In this document: piece after piece, positions 1 through 11,318 of the stretch
Layout of the letters: each line of letters begins with the position of its first letter
Position numbering within the stretch: the stretch's first letter is position 1
NCBI RefSeq assembly: GCF_054482595.1
Contig: NZ_CM137008.1
Direction: 5' to 3' (one strand)
DNA length: 64,000 nt
Position numbers and translations under genes: made by a program
The notes under the pieces: model-generated
Told to the model about the DNA's origin: nothing
Databases searched by the model: none
The model's input: the letters and a program-made list of their open reading frames with translations, nothing else

Positions 1-79
1 TTAATCGCTATATAAATATGTTTATAACCATTTGAAATGTGAGCGAAAGCCCGTTTTTGCCACGCTTCCCGCCACTCTT

Positions 80-93
80 TTGATCCTGCTACA
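80..93 (+). promoter_or_regulatory. Putative FNR half-site region (TTGAT-N4-CTACA) in napF promoter
   Basis: TTGAT at 80..84, centred about 20 bp upstream of the NarP palindrome; spacing matches the known napF promoter layout (FNR then NarP). Right half-site is degenerate. Confidence 0.45.
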
Positions 94-98
94 GGTTT

Positions 99-114
99 TA
101 CCCCGATCGGGGTA
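99..114 (+). promoter_or_regulatory. NarP/NarL 7-2-7 heptamer inverted repeat (TACCCCGATCGGGGTA) of napF promoter
   Basis: Perfect 16-bp palindrome TACCCC-GA-TCGGGGTA about 120 bp upstream of the napF start; matches the NarL/NarP heptamer pair consensus. Confidence 0.7.
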
Positions 115-227
115 TGCATCTTTGACACATCCTTTAATATCTTAGCGGCTATAAAAATGGCTTATTAATTATGCGGTTTATTTGGTCGCTCTCAATTTTC
201 AGAGCGCGTTAATGATGGAAGGTCAAT

Positions 228-722
228 GTGAAGATTGATGCATCCCGTCGGGGCATACTCACTGGTCGCTGGCGCAAAGCCAGTAACGGTATCCGTCCGC
301 CCTGGTCCGGTGATGAATCTCATTTTCTGACCCATTGCACCCGCTGCGATGCCTGTATTAATGCTTGTGAAAACAACATTCTGCAACGCGGCGCGGGCGG
401 CTATCCGAGCGTTAATTTCAAAAACAACGAGTGCAGCTTCTGTTACGCCTGCGCGCAGGCTTGCCCCGAATCGCTATTTTCTCCGCGCCACACCAGGGCC
501 TGGGATTTGCAGTTCACCATTGGGGACGCGTGCCTGGCGTATCAGTCAGTTGAATGCCGCCGCTGTCAGGATAGCTGTGAGCCAATGGCAATTATCTTTC
601 GCCCGACGCTCTCCGGGATCTACCAGCCGCAACTTAATAGCCAACTTTGCAACGGATGTGGAGCATGTGCAGCCAGCTGTCCGGTATCAGCCATAACTGC
701 GGAGTATCTCCATGCACACTAA
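228..722 (+). CDS. napF: Ferredoxin-type protein NapF (4Fe-4S)
   Basis: 164-aa ORF with GTG start, several CxxCxxCxxxCP ferredoxin motifs; sequence recognised as E. coli NapF; first gene of the nap operon. Confidence 0.93.
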   Translation: MKIDASRRGILTGRWRKASNGIRPPWSGDESHFLTHCTRCDACINACENNILQRGAGGYPSVNFKNNECSFCYACAQACPESLFSPRHTRAWDLQFTIGDACLAYQSVECRRCQDSCEPMAIIFRPTLSGIYQPQLNSQLCNGCGACAASCPVSAITAEYLHAH

Positions 723-975
723 CTGGCAAGTTTGCAGCCTGGTCGTGCAGGCCAAAAGCGAACGAATTTCAGACATCAGCACCCAACTGAACGCCTTTCC
801 CGGCTGTGAAGTTGCTGTCAGCGACGCGCCGAGCGGTCAGTTGATTGTGGTGGTGGAAGCAGAAGACAGCGAAACGCTGATCCAAACCATTGAGTCAGTA
901 CGCAACGTAGAGGGCGTGCTGGCGGTGTCGCTGGTTTATCACCAGCAGGAAGAGCAAGGTGAGGAAACACCATGA
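712..975 (+). CDS. napD: NapA chaperone NapD
   Basis: 87-aa ORF overlapping napF end and napA start; recognised as NapD. Confidence 0.9.
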   Translation: MHTNWQVCSLVVQAKSERISDISTQLNAFPGCEVAVSDAPSGQLIVVVEAEDSETLIQTIESVRNVEGVLAVSLVYHQQEEQGEETP

Positions 976-3458
976 AACTCAGTCGTCGTAGCTTTATGAA
1001 AGCTAACGCCGTTGCGGCCGCTGCGGCGGCTGCCGGTCTCAGCGTGCCGGGCGTTGCCCGCGCCGTTGTTGGTCAGCAGGAAGCCATTAAATGGGATAAA
1101 GCGCCGTGCCGTTTCTGCGGTACTGGTTGCGGCGTTCTGGTCGGAACGCAGCAGGGGCGTGTGGTGGCCTGTCAGGGCGACCCGGACGCACCGGTTAACC
1201 GTGGCCTGAACTGCATTAAGGGCTATTTCCTGCCCAAGATCATGTACGGTAAAGACCGTTTGACGCAGCCGCTGCTGCGTATGAAAAACGGTAAATATGA
1301 CAAAGAAGGCGAATTTACCCCAATCACCTGGGATCAGGCCTTCGATGTGATGGAAGAGAAATTCAAAACCGCCCTGAAAGAAAAAGGGCCGGAATCGATC
1401 GGTATGTTCGGTTCTGGTCAGTGGACTATCTGGGAAGGTTATGCCGCGTCCAAACTGTTTAAAGCGGGCTTCCGTTCGAACAACATCGACCCGAACGCGC
1501 GTCACTGTATGGCGTCGGCAGTAGTTGGCTTTATGCGTACCTTTGGTATGGATGAGCCGATGGGCTGCTATGACGACATCGAGCAGGCTGACGCGTTTGT
1601 GCTGTGGGGCGCAAACATGGCGGAAATGCACCCGATCCTCTGGTCGCGCATCACTAACCGTCGTCTCTCTAACCAGAACGTCACCGTGGCGGTGCTTTCT
1701 ACCTACCAGCATCGTAGCTTCGAGCTGGCGGATAACGGCATCATCTTTACGCCGCAATCTGACCTGGTGATCCTGAACTACATCGCCAACTATATCATTC
1801 AAAACAATGCGATAAATCAGGACTTCTTTAGCAAACACGTTAACCTGCGCAAAGGTGCGACGGACATCGGCTACGGTTTACGTCCGACCCATCCGCTGGA
1901 AAAAGCAGCGAAGAATCCGGGTTCTGATGCTTCCGAACCGATGAGCTTTGAAGATTACAAAGCCTTCGTTGCTGAGTATACGCTGGAAAAAACCGCTGAA
2001 ATGACCGGCGTGCCGAAAGACCAGTTAGAACAACTGGCGCAGCTGTATGCCGATCCGAACAAGAAAGTCATCTCCTACTGGACGATGGGCTTCAACCAGC
2101 ATACCCGTGGTGTATGGGCCAACAACCTGGTCTACAACCTGCACCTGCTGACCGGCAAAATTTCCCAGCCGGGTTGCGGTCCGTTCTCCCTGACCGGGCA
2201 GCCTTCTGCGTGTGGTACTGCGCGTGAAGTGGGCACCTTTGCTCACCGTCTGCCTGCGGACATGGTGGTGACTAACGAGAAACATCGTGATATCTGCGAG
2301 AAGAAGTGGAATATCCCGAGTGGCACCATTCCGGCAAAAATCGGTCTGCACGCGGTGGCACAAGACCGTGCGCTGAAAGACGGCAAGCTGAATGTTTACT
2401 GGACCATGTGTACCAACAACATGCAGGCCGGGCCGAACATCAATGAAGAGCGTATGCCGGGCTGGCGCGATCCGCGCAACTTCATCATCGTCTCCGATCC
2501 GTATCCGACAGTCAGTGCGCTGGCCGCCGACTTGATCCTGCCGACCGCAATGTGGGTAGAAAAAGAGGGCGCTTACGGTAACGCCGAACGCCGTACTCAG
2601 TTCTGGCGTCAGCAAGTACAGGCACCTGGTGAAGCGAAATCGGATCTCTGGCAGTTAGTTCAGTTCTCCCGTCGCTTCAAAACCGAAGAAGTATGGCCGG
2701 AAGAGCTGCTGGCGAAGAAACCGGAACTGCGTGGCAAAACGTTGTACGAGGTTCTGTATGCCACCCCGGAAGTGAGCAAATTCCCGGTATCCGAACTGGC
2801 GGAAGATCAGCTGAACGATGAATCCCGCGAGCTGGGCTTCTATCTGCAAAAAGGGCTGTTCGAAGAGTACGCATGGTTTGGTCGTGGTCACGGTCACGAT
2901 CTGGCACCGTTCGATGACTACCATAAAGCGCGCGGTCTGCGCTGGCCGGTGGTGAACGGTAAAGAAACTCAGTGGCGTTACAGCGAAGGTAACGACCCGT
3001 ACGTGAAAGCGGGCGAAGGCTACAAGTTCTACGGTAAACCGGATGGCAAAGCGGTGATCTTCGCACTGCCGTTCGAACCAGCGGCGGAAGCACCGGATGA
3101 AGAGTACGACCTGTGGCTCTCTACCGGACGCGTCCTGGAGCACTGGCACACCGGCAGTATGACTCGCCGTGTACCGGAACTGCACCGCGCCTTCCCGGAA
3201 GCGGTCCTGTTTATTCACCCGCTGGATGCGAAAGCGCGCGATCTGCGTCGTGGCGACAAAGTGAAAGTGGTTTCTCGCCGTGGCGAAGTGATCTCGATTG
3301 TCGAAACGCGCGGTCGTAACCGTCCGCCGCAGGGCCTGGTGTACATGCCGTTCTTCGACGCCGCACAGCTGGTTAACAAACTAACGCTGGACGCGACCGA
3401 TCCGCTCTCGAAAGAGACGGACTTCAAGAAGTGCGCGGTCAAACTGGAGAAGGTGTAA
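972..3458 (+). CDS. napA: Periplasmic nitrate reductase catalytic subunit NapA (molybdopterin)
   Basis: 828-aa ORF with Tat signal (SRRSFMKA...) and N-terminal Cys cluster CRFCGTGCG; recognised as NapA. Confidence 0.96.
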   Translation: MKLSRRSFMKANAVAAAAAAAGLSVPGVARAVVGQQEAIKWDKAPCRFCGTGCGVLVGTQQGRVVACQGDPDAPVNRGLNCIKGYFLPKIMYGKDRLTQPLLRMKNGKYDKEGEFTPITWDQAFDVMEEKFKTALKEKGPESIGMFGSGQWTIWEGYAASKLFKAGFRSNNIDPNARHCMASAVVGFMRTFGMDEPMGCYDDIEQADAFVLWGANMAEMHPILWSRITNRRLSNQNVTVAVLSTYQHRSFELADNGIIFTPQSDLVILNYIANYIIQNNAINQDFFSKHVNLRKGATDIGYGLRPTHPLEKAAKNPGSDASEPMSFEDYKAFVAEYTLEKTAEMTGVPKDQLEQLAQLYADPNKKVISYWTMGFNQHTRGVWANNLVYNLHLLTGKISQPGCGPFSLTGQPSACGTAREVGTFAHRLPADMVVTNEKHRDICEKKWNIPSGTIPAKIGLHAVAQDRALKDGKLNVYWTMCTNNMQAGPNINEERMPGWRDPRNFIIVSDPYPTVSALAADLILPTAMWVEKEGAYGNAERRTQFWRQQVQAPGEAKSDLWQLVQFSRRFKTEEVWPEELLAKKPELRGKTLYEVLYATPEVSKFPVSELAEDQLNDESRELGFYLQKGLFEEYAWFGRGHGHDLAPFDDYHKARGLRWPVVNGKETQWRYSEGNDPYVKAGEGYKFYGKPDGKAVIFALPFEPAAEAPDEEYDLWLSTGRVLEHWHTGSMTRRVPELHRAFPEAVLFIHPLDAKARDLRRGDKVKVVSRRGEVISIVETRGRNRPPQGLVYMPFFDAAQLVNKLTLDATDPLSKETDFKKCAVKLEKV

Positions 3459-3464
3459 GCCATT

Positions 3465-4160
3465 ATGTCCCGGTCAGCGAAACCTCAAAATGGTCGCCGC
3501 CGCTTTCTGCGCGATGTTGTTCGCACAGCAGGCGGGCTGGCTGCCGTGGGTGTGGCGCTGGGGTTACAACAGCAAACCGCACGCGCATCTGGCGTGCGGT
3601 TGCGCCCGCCCGGAGCCATAAACGAGAACGCCTTTGCCAGTGCCTGTGTGCGTTGTGGTCAGTGTGTTCAGGCTTGCCCTTACGACACCTTAAAACTGGC
3701 GACGCTGGCCTCTGGTCTGTCGGCGGGCACGCCATATTTTGTCGCACGGGATATTCCTTGCGAAATGTGTGAGGACATTCCGTGCGCCAAAGTGTGCCCG
3801 AGCGGTGCGCTGGATCGTGAGATCGAATCGATCGACGACGCGCGGATGGGGCTGGCGGTGCTGGTAGACCAGGAAAACTGTCTCAACTTTCAGGGGCTGC
3901 GCTGCGATGTTTGTTATCGCGAATGCCCGAAAATTGATGAGGCCATCACCCTGGAGCTGGAGCGCAACACGCGTACCGGTAAGCACGCCCGCTTTCTGCC
4001 GACGGTTCACAGCGACGCCTGTACCGGCTGCGGTAAGTGCGAAAAAGTGTGCGTGCTGGAACAACCGGCAATCAAGGTGTTACCGCTGTCACTGGCGAAA
4101 GGGGAGTTAGGTCACCATTACCGCTTCGGCTGGCTGGAGGGGAACAATGGCAAATCGTAA
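3465..4160 (+). CDS. napG: Ferredoxin-type protein NapG
   Basis: 231 aa, Tat motif RRRFLR, four Cys clusters; recognised as NapG. Confidence 0.93.
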
Positions 4161-5010
4161 ACGTGACGCCGGGCGCGAGGCGCTGGAGAAAAAAGGCTGG
4201 TGGCGCAGTCACCGTTGGCTGGTGTTACGTCGCCTTTGTCAGTTCTTCGTGCTGGGGATGTTTTTGAGCGGTCCGTGGTTTGGTGTGTGGATCTTGCACG
4301 GCAACTACAGCAGTAGCCTGTTATTCGACACCGTTCCGCTGACCGATCCGCTGATGACGCTGCAAAGTCTTGCCAGTGGTCATCTGCCTGCCACGGTGGC
4401 GTTGACCGGTGCGGTGATTATCACCGTGCTCTACGCCCTGGCGGGAAAGCGATTATTTTGCAGCTGGGTCTGCCCGCTGAACCCGATTACCGACTTAGCG
4501 AACTGGTTACGCAGGCGCTTTGACCTCAATCAGTCTGCGACGATCCCTCGCCACATTCGCTACGTGCTGTTGGTGGTCATTCTGGTGGGATCAGCCTTAA
4601 CCGGCACGCTCATCTGGGAATGGATCAACCCCGTTTCCCTGATGGGGCGTAGCCTGGTAATGGGCTTCGGCAGCGGCGCGCTGCTTATTCTCGCGCTGTT
4701 TTTATTTGATCTACTGGTCGTTGAACACGGCTGGTGCGGGCACATTTGTCCGGTTGGCGCGCTTTATGGCGTGCTGGGTAGCAAAGGTGTGATTACCGTT
4801 GCGGCCAGCGATCGGCAGAAATGTAACCGCTGTATGGATTGTTTTCATGTTTGCCCGGAACCGCATGTGCTACGTGCCCCGGTGCTGGATGAACAAAGCC
4901 CGGTGCAGGTCACCAGCCGCGATTGCATGACGTGCGGTCGCTGCGTGGATGTCTGTTCTGAGGATGTATTTACAATAACTACACGATGGAGTTCGGGAGC
5001 GAAATCATGA
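4147..5010 (+). CDS. napH: Membrane-bound ferredoxin-type protein NapH
   Basis: 287 aa, hydrophobic N-terminal half and C-terminal Cys clusters; recognised as NapH. Confidence 0.93.
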
Positions 5011-5456
5011 AAAGCCATGACCTGAAGAAAGCGCTGTGTCAATGGACGGCGATGCTGGCCCTGGTGGTAAGCGGCGCGGTTTGGGCGGCTAATGGCGTCG
5101 ATTTTAGCCAGTCGCCGGAAGTATCCGGGACGCAGGAAGGGGCCATTCGGATGCCAAAAGAGCAGGATCGGATGCCGCTGAACTATGTGAATCAGCCGCC
5201 AATGATCCCGCATAGCGTTGAAGGTTATCAGGTAACGACCAATACCAACCGCTGCTTGCAGTGCCACGGTGTCGAAAGCTATCGCACCACTGGCGCGCCG
5301 CGTATCAGTCCTACTCACTTTATGGACAGCGACGGCAAAGTGGGCGCGGAAGTGGCTCCGCGTCGTTATTTCTGTCTGCAATGTCACGTACCGCAGGCCG
5401 ATACCGCGCCAATCGTGGGGAATACCTTTACCCCATCAAAAGGTTACGGGAAATAA
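5007..5456 (+). CDS. napB: Dihaem cytochrome c NapB
   Basis: Start set at MKSHDLKK (internal Met of the 156-aa ORF); two CxxCH haem motifs (CLQCH, CLQCH); recognised as NapB. Confidence 0.9.
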   Translation: MKSHDLKKALCQWTAMLALVVSGAVWAANGVDFSQSPEVSGTQEGAIRMPKEQDRMPLNYVNQPPMIPHSVEGYQVTTNTNRCLQCHGVESYRTTGAPRISPTHFMDSDGKVGAEVAPRRYFCLQCHVPQADTAPIVGNTFTPSKGYGK

Positions 5457-5465
5457 GAGGTTATT

Positions 5466-6068
5466 ATGGGAAATTCTGACCGTAAGCCTGGTCTGATTAA
5501 GCGCCTGTGGAAATGGTGGCGTACCCCCAGCCGTCTGGCGCTGGGGACGCTGCTGTTGATCGGTTTTGTCGGCGGCATCGTCTTCTGGGGCGGCTTTAAC
5601 ACCGGGATGGAAAAAGCCAATACCGAAGAGTTCTGCATTAGCTGCCACGAAATGCGTAACACGGTGTATCAGGAATACATGGATTCCGTGCACTACAACA
5701 ACCGTAGCGGCGTCCGTGCGACCTGTCCGGATTGTCACGTTCCGCACGAGTTTGTGCCGAAGATGATACGCAAGCTCAAAGCAAGTAAAGAGCTGTATGG
5801 TAAAATTTTTGGCGTTATTGACACGCCGCAGAAATTTGAAGCTCATCGTCTGACGATGGCACAGAATGAGTGGCGGCGCATGAAGGACAATAACTCGCAG
5901 GAGTGCCGTAACTGTCACAACTTCGAGTATATGGATACAACCGCCCAGAAATCGGTTGCCGCGAAGATGCATGACCAGGCGGTGAAAGATGGGCAAACCT
6001 GTATTGATTGCCATAAAGGGATAGCGCACAAGCTGCCCGATATGCGTGAAGTCGAGCCAGGTTTTTAA
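5466..6068 (+). CDS. napC: Tetrahaem cytochrome c NapC (NapC/NirT family)
   Basis: 200 aa, N-terminal TM anchor and four CxxCH motifs; recognised as NapC. Confidence 0.94.
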   Translation: MGNSDRKPGLIKRLWKWWRTPSRLALGTLLLIGFVGGIVFWGGFNTGMEKANTEEFCISCHEMRNTVYQEYMDSVHYNNRSGVRATCPDCHVPHEFVPKMIRKLKASKELYGKIFGVIDTPQKFEAHRLTMAQNEWRRMKDNNSQECRNCHNFEYMDTTAQKSVAAKMHDQAVKDGQTCIDCHKGIAHKLPDMREVEPGF

Positions 6069-6080
6069 CAAGGTTATTGC

Positions 6081-6704
6081 GTGGGTATGCTTGAAGCCAG
6101 AGAGTTACTTTGTGAGCGGGATGAACGAACCTTATTTAGTGGCTTGTCATTTACGCTGAACGCAGGAGAGTGGGTACAAATCACCGGTAGCAACGGCGCG
6201 GGGAAGACAACGCTTCTCCGTTTGCTGACGGGGTTGTCTCGCCCTGACGCAGGCGAGGTTCTCTGGCAAGGGCAGCCCTTGCATCAGGTACGTGACAGCT
6301 ACCATCAAAACCTGTTATGGATAGGCCATCAGCCGGGGATCAAAACCCGGCTGACGGCGTTAGAAAATCTGCACTTTTATCATCGCGATGGCGATACCGC
6401 ACAATGTCTGGAAGCCCTGGCGCAGGCCGGGCTTGCCGGATTCGAAGATATTCCGGTAAATCAACTTTCTGCCGGGCAACAACGCCGCGTCGCTTTAGCG
6501 CGTCTGTGGCTGACCCGTGCCACGTTATGGATCCTCGACGAGCCTTTTACCGCGATTGACGTCAACGGCGTCGATCGTCTGACCCAGCGTATGGCGCAGC
6601 ATACGGAGCAGGGGGGGATTGTGATTCTGACTACCCACCAGCCGCTCAACGTTGCTGAAAGTAAAATTCGCCGCATTTCACTGACGCAAACGAGGGCTGC
6701 ATGA
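6081..6704 (+). CDS. ccmA: Haem exporter ATP-binding protein CcmA
   Basis: 207 aa, Walker [13 protein letters not shown] signature [11 protein letters not shown] start. Confidence 0.93.
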   Translation: MGMLEARELLCERDERTLFSGLSFTLNAGEWVQITGSNGAGKTTLLRLLTGLSRPDAGEVLWQGQPLHQVRDSYHQNLLWIGHQPGIKTRLTALENLHFYHRDGDTAQCLEALAQAGLAGFEDIPVNQLSAGQQRRVALARLWLTRATLWILDEPFTAIDVNGVDRLTQRMAQHTEQGGIVILTTHQPLNVAESKIRRISLTQTRAA

Positions 6705-7363
6705 TGTTCTGGCGCATTTTCCGTCTTGAGCTGCGCGTAGCGTTTCGCCATAGCGCCGAAATCGCCAACCCGCTGTGGTTCTTCCTGATTGTAATTACCC
6801 TTTTTCCGCTCAGTATCGGTCCGGAGCCGCAACTGCTGGCGCGTATTGCACCGGGCATTATCTGGGTTGCTGCGCTGCTTTCATCCTTGCTGGCGCTGGA
6901 ACGACTGTTCCGTGACGATTTGCAGGACGGCAGTCTTGAACAATTGATGTTGTTGCCGTTACCCTTGCCCGCCGTTGTGCTGGCGAAGGTGATGGCGCAC
7001 TGGATGGTAACCGGTCTGCCGTTACTCATCCTTTCGCCACTGGTAGCAATGCTACTGGGAATGGATGTTTATGGCTGGCAAGTGATGGCGCTGACGCTGC
7101 TGCTGGGAACGCCTACGCTTGGCTTTCTCGGTGCACCGGGCGTGGCGCTGACAGTGGGACTTAAGCGCGGTGGTGTGCTGCTCAGCATACTGGTGTTACC
7201 GCTGACTATCCCATTACTCATCTTTGCCACCGCCGCGATGGACGCGGCTTCTATGCATTTGCCCGTTGACGGGTATCTGGCAATTTTAGGCGCGTTGCTG
7301 GCAGGCACCGCGACATTAAGTCCTTTTGCGACGGCGGCAGCGTTACGAATCAGCATTCAATAA
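6701..7363 (+). CDS. ccmB: Haem exporter membrane protein CcmB
   Basis: 220-aa polytopic membrane protein overlapping ccmA stop; recognised as CcmB. Confidence 0.92.
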
Positions 7364-7404
7364 CGCTGGATTACTGATTTTTGTTCGAGTCTGGTATCGA
7401 AACT

Positions 7405-8142
7405 ATGTGGAAAACACTGCATCAACTGGCGATCCCACCACGGCTGTATCAAATCTGTGGCTGGTTTATACCGTGGCTGGCAATTGCCAGTGTGGTCGTG
7501 CTTACCGTTGGCTGGATCTGGGGATTCGGCTTTGCTCCGGCTGATTATCAGCAGGGAAATAGCTACCGCATTATCTACTTGCATGTACCTGCGGCGATCT
7601 GGTCGATGGGCATTTATGCATCAATGGCGGTGGCAGCGTTTATTGGCCTTGTCTGGCAGATGAAAATGGCCAACCTGGCGGTGGCGGCGATGGCCCCCAT
7701 TGGTGCCGTGTTTACCTTTATTGCCCTGGTTACCGGCTCTGCATGGGGAAAACCGATGTGGGGCACCTGGTGGGTATGGGATGCACGTCTGACTTCTGAA
7801 CTGGTGCTGCTGTTTCTGTATGTTGGTGTCATTGCCCTGTGGCACGCCTTCGATGACCGCCGTCTGGCGGGCCGTGCGGCAGGTATCCTGGTGCTGATTG
7901 GCGTGGTGAATCTGCCGATTATTCATTACTCCGTGGAGTGGTGGAACACCCTGCATCAGGGATCAACGCGGATGCAGCAAAGTATCGATCCGGCGATGCG
8001 TTCGCCGCTGCGCTGGTCGATTTTTGGCTTCCTGCTCCTGTCTGCCACGCTGACGCTGATGCGGATGCGGAATTTGATTTTGCTGATGGAAAAACGCCGT
8101 CCGTGGGTGAGTGAACTGATACTGAAAAGAGGCCGTAAATGA
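7405..8142 (+). CDS. ccmC: Haem exporter protein CcmC
   Basis: Start set at MWKTLHQLAIPPRLYQ; WGxxWxWD tryptophan-rich motif present (WGTWWVWDARL). Confidence 0.92.
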   Translation: MWKTLHQLAIPPRLYQICGWFIPWLAIASVVVLTVGWIWGFGFAPADYQQGNSYRIIYLHVPAAIWSMGIYASMAVAAFIGLVWQMKMANLAVAAMAPIGAVFTFIALVTGSAWGKPMWGTWWVWDARLTSELVLLFLYVGVIALWHAFDDRRLAGRAAGILVLIGVVNLPIIHYSVEWWNTLHQGSTRMQQSIDPAMRSPLRWSIFGFLLLSATLTLMRMRNLILLMEKRRPWVSELILKRGRK

Positions 8143-8348
8143 CCCCTGCATTTGCTTCCTGGAATGAATTTTTCGCAATGGGCGGTTACGCCTTTTTTGT
8201 CTGGCTGGCGGTGGTGATGACCGTTATTCCGCTGGTGGTTTTGGTCGTGCACTCGGTGATGCAACATCGCGCAATTCTGCGTGGCGTGGCGCAACAGCGG
8301 GCGCGTGAGGCGCGTTTACGTGCTGCGCAACAGCAGGAGGCTGCATGA
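8139..8348 (+). CDS. ccmD: Haem exporter protein CcmD
   Basis: 69-aa single-TM protein between ccmC and ccmE, overlapping both. Confidence 0.88.
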   Translation: MTPAFASWNEFFAMGGYAFFVWLAVVMTVIPLVVLVVHSVMQHRAILRGVAQQRAREARLRAAQQQEAA

Positions 8349-8824
8349 ATATTCGCCGTAAAAACCGCTTGTGGATTGTCTGTGCCGTGTTGGCAGGGCT
8401 GGCGCTGACTATCGGTCTGGTGCTATATGCGCTGCGCTCGAATATCGATCTCTTTTATACGCCGGGGGAAATTCTCTACGGCAAGCGTGAAACTCAGCAA
8501 ATGCCGGAAGTCGGTCAGCGTCTGCGCGTTGGCGGGATGGTGATGCCGGGTAGTGTGCAGCGCGATCCCAATTCGCTGAAAGTGACCTTCACCATTTACG
8601 ACGCTGAAGGCTCAGTGGATGTCTCTTACGAAGGCATTTTGCCGGATCTGTTCCGTGAAGGGCAGGGCGTTGTGGTGCAGGGCGAGCTGGAAAAAGGCAA
8701 TCATATCCTCGCGAAAGAAGTGCTGGCGAAACACGACGAAAACTACACGCCGCCAGAAGTTGAGAAAGCGATGGAAGCTAACCACCGTCGCCCGGCGAGT
8801 GTTTATAAGGACCCAGCATCATGA
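8345..8824 (+). CDS. ccmE: Cytochrome c-type biogenesis haem chaperone CcmE
   Basis: 159 aa, N-terminal TM anchor; recognised as CcmE. Confidence 0.93.
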   Translation: MNIRRKNRLWIVCAVLAGLALTIGLVLYALRSNIDLFYTPGEILYGKRETQQMPEVGQRLRVGGMVMPGSVQRDPNSLKVTFTIYDAEGSVDVSYEGILPDLFREGQGVVVQGELEKGNHILAKEVLAKHDENYTPPEVEKAMEANHRRPASVYKDPAS

Positions 8825-10764
8825 TGCCGGAAATTGGTAACGGGCTGCTGTGCCTGGCGTTAGGGATTGCGCTGCTGCTGTCCGTGTATCCGCTATGGGG
8901 CGTGGCGCGCGGAGATGCGCGCATGATGGCGTCTTCCCGCTTGTTTGCCTGGCTGCTGTTTATGTCTGTGGCTGGCGCATTTCTGGTGCTGGTCAATGCT
9001 TTCGTGGTCAACGACTTTACCGTCACCTATGTTGCCAGCAACTCCAATACCCAGCTTCCGGTGTGGTATCGCGTGGCGGCTACCTGGGGCGCACATGAAG
9101 GCTCACTGCTGCTGTGGGTGCTGCTGATGAGCGGCTGGACCTTTGCGGTGGCGATTTTTAGTCAGCGTATTCCGCTGGATATTGTGGCCCGCGTACTGGC
9201 GATAATGGGGATGGTCAGTGTCGGCTTTTTGCTGTTCATTCTCTTTACTTCTAACCCGTTCTCACGCACGTTGCCGAATTTCCCGATTGAAGGTCGCGAT
9301 CTTAACCCGCTATTGCAGGATCCGGGGCTGATCTTCCATCCGCCTCTGCTTTATATGGGGTACGTGGGTTTCTCGGTGGCGTTTGCTTTTGCCATTGCTT
9401 CTTTGCTGAGCGGGCGTCTGGACAGCACTTATGCGCGTTTTACTCGTCCGTGGACGCTGGCAGCGTGGATCTTCCTGACGCTCGGCATCGTGCTCGGTTC
9501 CGCATGGGCCTATTACGAACTCGGCTGGGGTGGCTGGTGGTTCTGGGATCCGGTAGAAAACGCCTCGTTTATGCCGTGGCTGGTGGGGACTGCGCTGATG
9601 CACTCGCTGGCGGTGACTGAACAGCGTGCCAGCTTCAAAGCGTGGACATTACTGCTGGCAATCAGTGCCTTCTCGTTGTGTCTGTTGGGGACTTTCCTCG
9701 TGCGTTCCGGCGTGCTGGTATCGGTACACGCGTTTGCGTCTGATCCGGCGCGCGGTATGTTTATCCTCGCCTTTATGGTGCTGGTGATTGGCGGTTCGCT
9801 GCTGCTGTTTGCCGCGCGTGGACACAAAGTTCGCTCACGCGTAAACAATGCGCTGTGGTCGCGGGAATCTCTGCTGTTAGCGAACAACGTTTTGCTGGTC
9901 GCCGCGATGCTGGTGGTGTTGCTGGGGACGCTGCTGCCGCTGGTGCACAAGCAACTGGGACTGGGCAGTATTTCGATTGGCGAACCGTTCTTCAACACCA
10001 TGTTTACCTGGCTGATGGTGCCGTTTGCGCTACTGCTGGGTGTCGGTCCTCTGGTGCGCTGGGGGCGCGATCGCCCACGTAAAATCCGCAATTTATTGAT
10101 TATCGCCTTCATCTCTACGCTGGTGCTGTCTCTGCTGTTGCCGTGGCTGTTCGAAAGCAAAGTGGTGGCGATGACGGTGCTCGGCCTGGCAATGGCCTGC
10201 TGGATTGCGGTGCTGGCAATTGCGGAAGCTGCGCTACGTATTTCACGCGGCACGAAAACCACCTTCAGTTATTGGGGGATGGTGGCGGCTCACCTGGGGC
10301 TGGCAGTGACAATTGTTGGCATTGCCTTTAGCCAGAACTATAGCGTTGAGCGTGATGTGCGCATGAAGTCCGGCGATAGCGTCGATATTCATGAATATCG
10401 CTTCACCTTCCGTGATGTCAAAGAGGTGACTGGCCCGAACTGGCGTGGCGGTGTGGCGACTATCGGCGTAACGCGAGAGGGTAAACCGGAAACGGTGCTG
10501 TATGCGGAAAAACGTTATTACAACACTGCCGGGTCGATGATGACCGAAGCGGCAATTGACGGCGGCATCACGCGTGACCTGTACGCGGCCCTCGGTGAAG
10601 AGCTGGAAAACGGCGCGTGGGCCGTGCGTCTTTACTACAAACCATTTGTTCGCTGGATTTGGGCGGGCGGGCTGATGATGGCGTTGGGCGGACTGCTGTG
10701 TCTGTTTGATCCTCGCTATCGTAAGCGCGTGAGCCCGCAAAAAACTGCGCCGGAGGCTGTATGA
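8821..10764 (+). CDS. ccmF: Cytochrome c-type biogenesis protein CcmF (haem lyase)
   Basis: 647-aa polytopic membrane protein with [12 protein letters not shown] motif. Confidence 0.95.
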   Translation: MMPEIGNGLLCLALGIALLLSVYPLWGVARGDARMMASSRLFAWLLFMSVAGAFLVLVNAFVVNDFTVTYVASNSNTQLPVWYRVAATWGAHEGSLLLWVLLMSGWTFAVAIFSQRIPLDIVARVLAIMGMVSVGFLLFILFTSNPFSRTLPNFPIEGRDLNPLLQDPGLIFHPPLLYMGYVGFSVAFAFAIASLLSGRLDSTYARFTRPWTLAAWIFLTLGIVLGSAWAYYELGWGGWWFWDPVENASFMPWLVGTALMHSLAVTEQRASFKAWTLLLAISAFSLCLLGTFLVRSGVLVSVHAFASDPARGMFILAFMVLVIGGSLLLFAARGHKVRSRVNNALWSRESLLLANNVLLVAAMLVVLLGTLLPLVHKQLGLGSISIGEPFFNTMFTWLMVPFALLLGVGPLVRWGRDRPRKIRNLLIIAFISTLVLSLLLPWLFESKVVAMTVLGLAMACWIAVLAIAEAALRISRGTKTTFSYWGMVAAHLGLAVTIVGIAFSQNYSVERDVRMKSGDSVDIHEYRFTFRDVKEVTGPNWRGGVATIGVTREGKPETVLYAEKRYYNTAGSMMTEAAIDGGITRDLYAALGEELENGAWAVRLYYKPFVRWIWAGGLMMALGGLLCLFDPRYRKRVSPQKTAPEAV

Positions 10765-11318
10765 AGCGCAAAGTATTGTTAATTCCGTTGATTATCTTCC
10801 TGGCGATTGCCGCGGCGCTGCTGTGGCAGCTGGCGCGTAATGCCGAAGGGGATGATCCGACCAATCTGGAATCGGCGCTCATTGGCAAGCCAGTGCCGAA
10901 GTTTCGTCTCGAATCACTGGACAATCCGGGGCAGTTTTATCAGGCGGATGTGCTGACTCAGGGCAAACCAGTGCTGCTTAACGTCTGGGCGACCTGGTGT
11001 CCGACCTGCCGTGCGGAACATCAATATCTGAATCAGCTTTCTGCGCAGGGCATCCGCGTGGTCGGCATGAACTATAAAGACGATCGCCAGAAGGCAATCA
11101 GCTGGCTGAAAGAACTGGGCAATCCTTACGCGCTAAGCCTGTTTGATGGCGACGGCATGTTAGGGCTGGATCTCGGTGTCTATGGCGCGCCAGAAACGTT
11201 TCTTATTGACGGCAACGGCATCATTCGCTATCGCCATGCGGGCGATCTCAATCCTCGCGTCTGGGAAGAAGAGATCAAGCCGCTGTGGGAGAAATACAGT
11301 AAGGAGGCCGCACAATGA
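10761..11318 (+). CDS. ccmG: Thiol:disulfide interchange protein CcmG/DsbE
   Basis: 185 aa, thioredoxin fold with WCPTC active site. Confidence 0.94.
   Translation: MKRKVLLIPLIIFLAIAAALLWQLARNAEGDDPTNLESALIGKPVPKFRLESLDNPGQFYQADVLTQGKPVLLNVWATWCPTCRAEHQYLNQLSAQGIRVVGMNYKDDRQKAISWLKELGNPYALSLFDGDGMLGLDLGVYGAPETFLIDGNGIIRYRHAGDLNPRVWEEEIKPLWEKYSKEAAQ

Noticed and set aside
939-1838. 299-aa ORF on the minus strand
   Set aside because: Lies entirely antisense within napA; composition is Arg/His-rich as expected for the reverse frame of a GC-rich gene. Spurious.
5436-6071. 211-aa minus-strand ORF
   Set aside because: Antisense to napC, which has strong haem-motif evidence; no independent support.
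9513-10262. 249-aa minus-strand ORF
   Set aside because: Antisense within ccmF; low-complexity Ser/Arg-rich translation.
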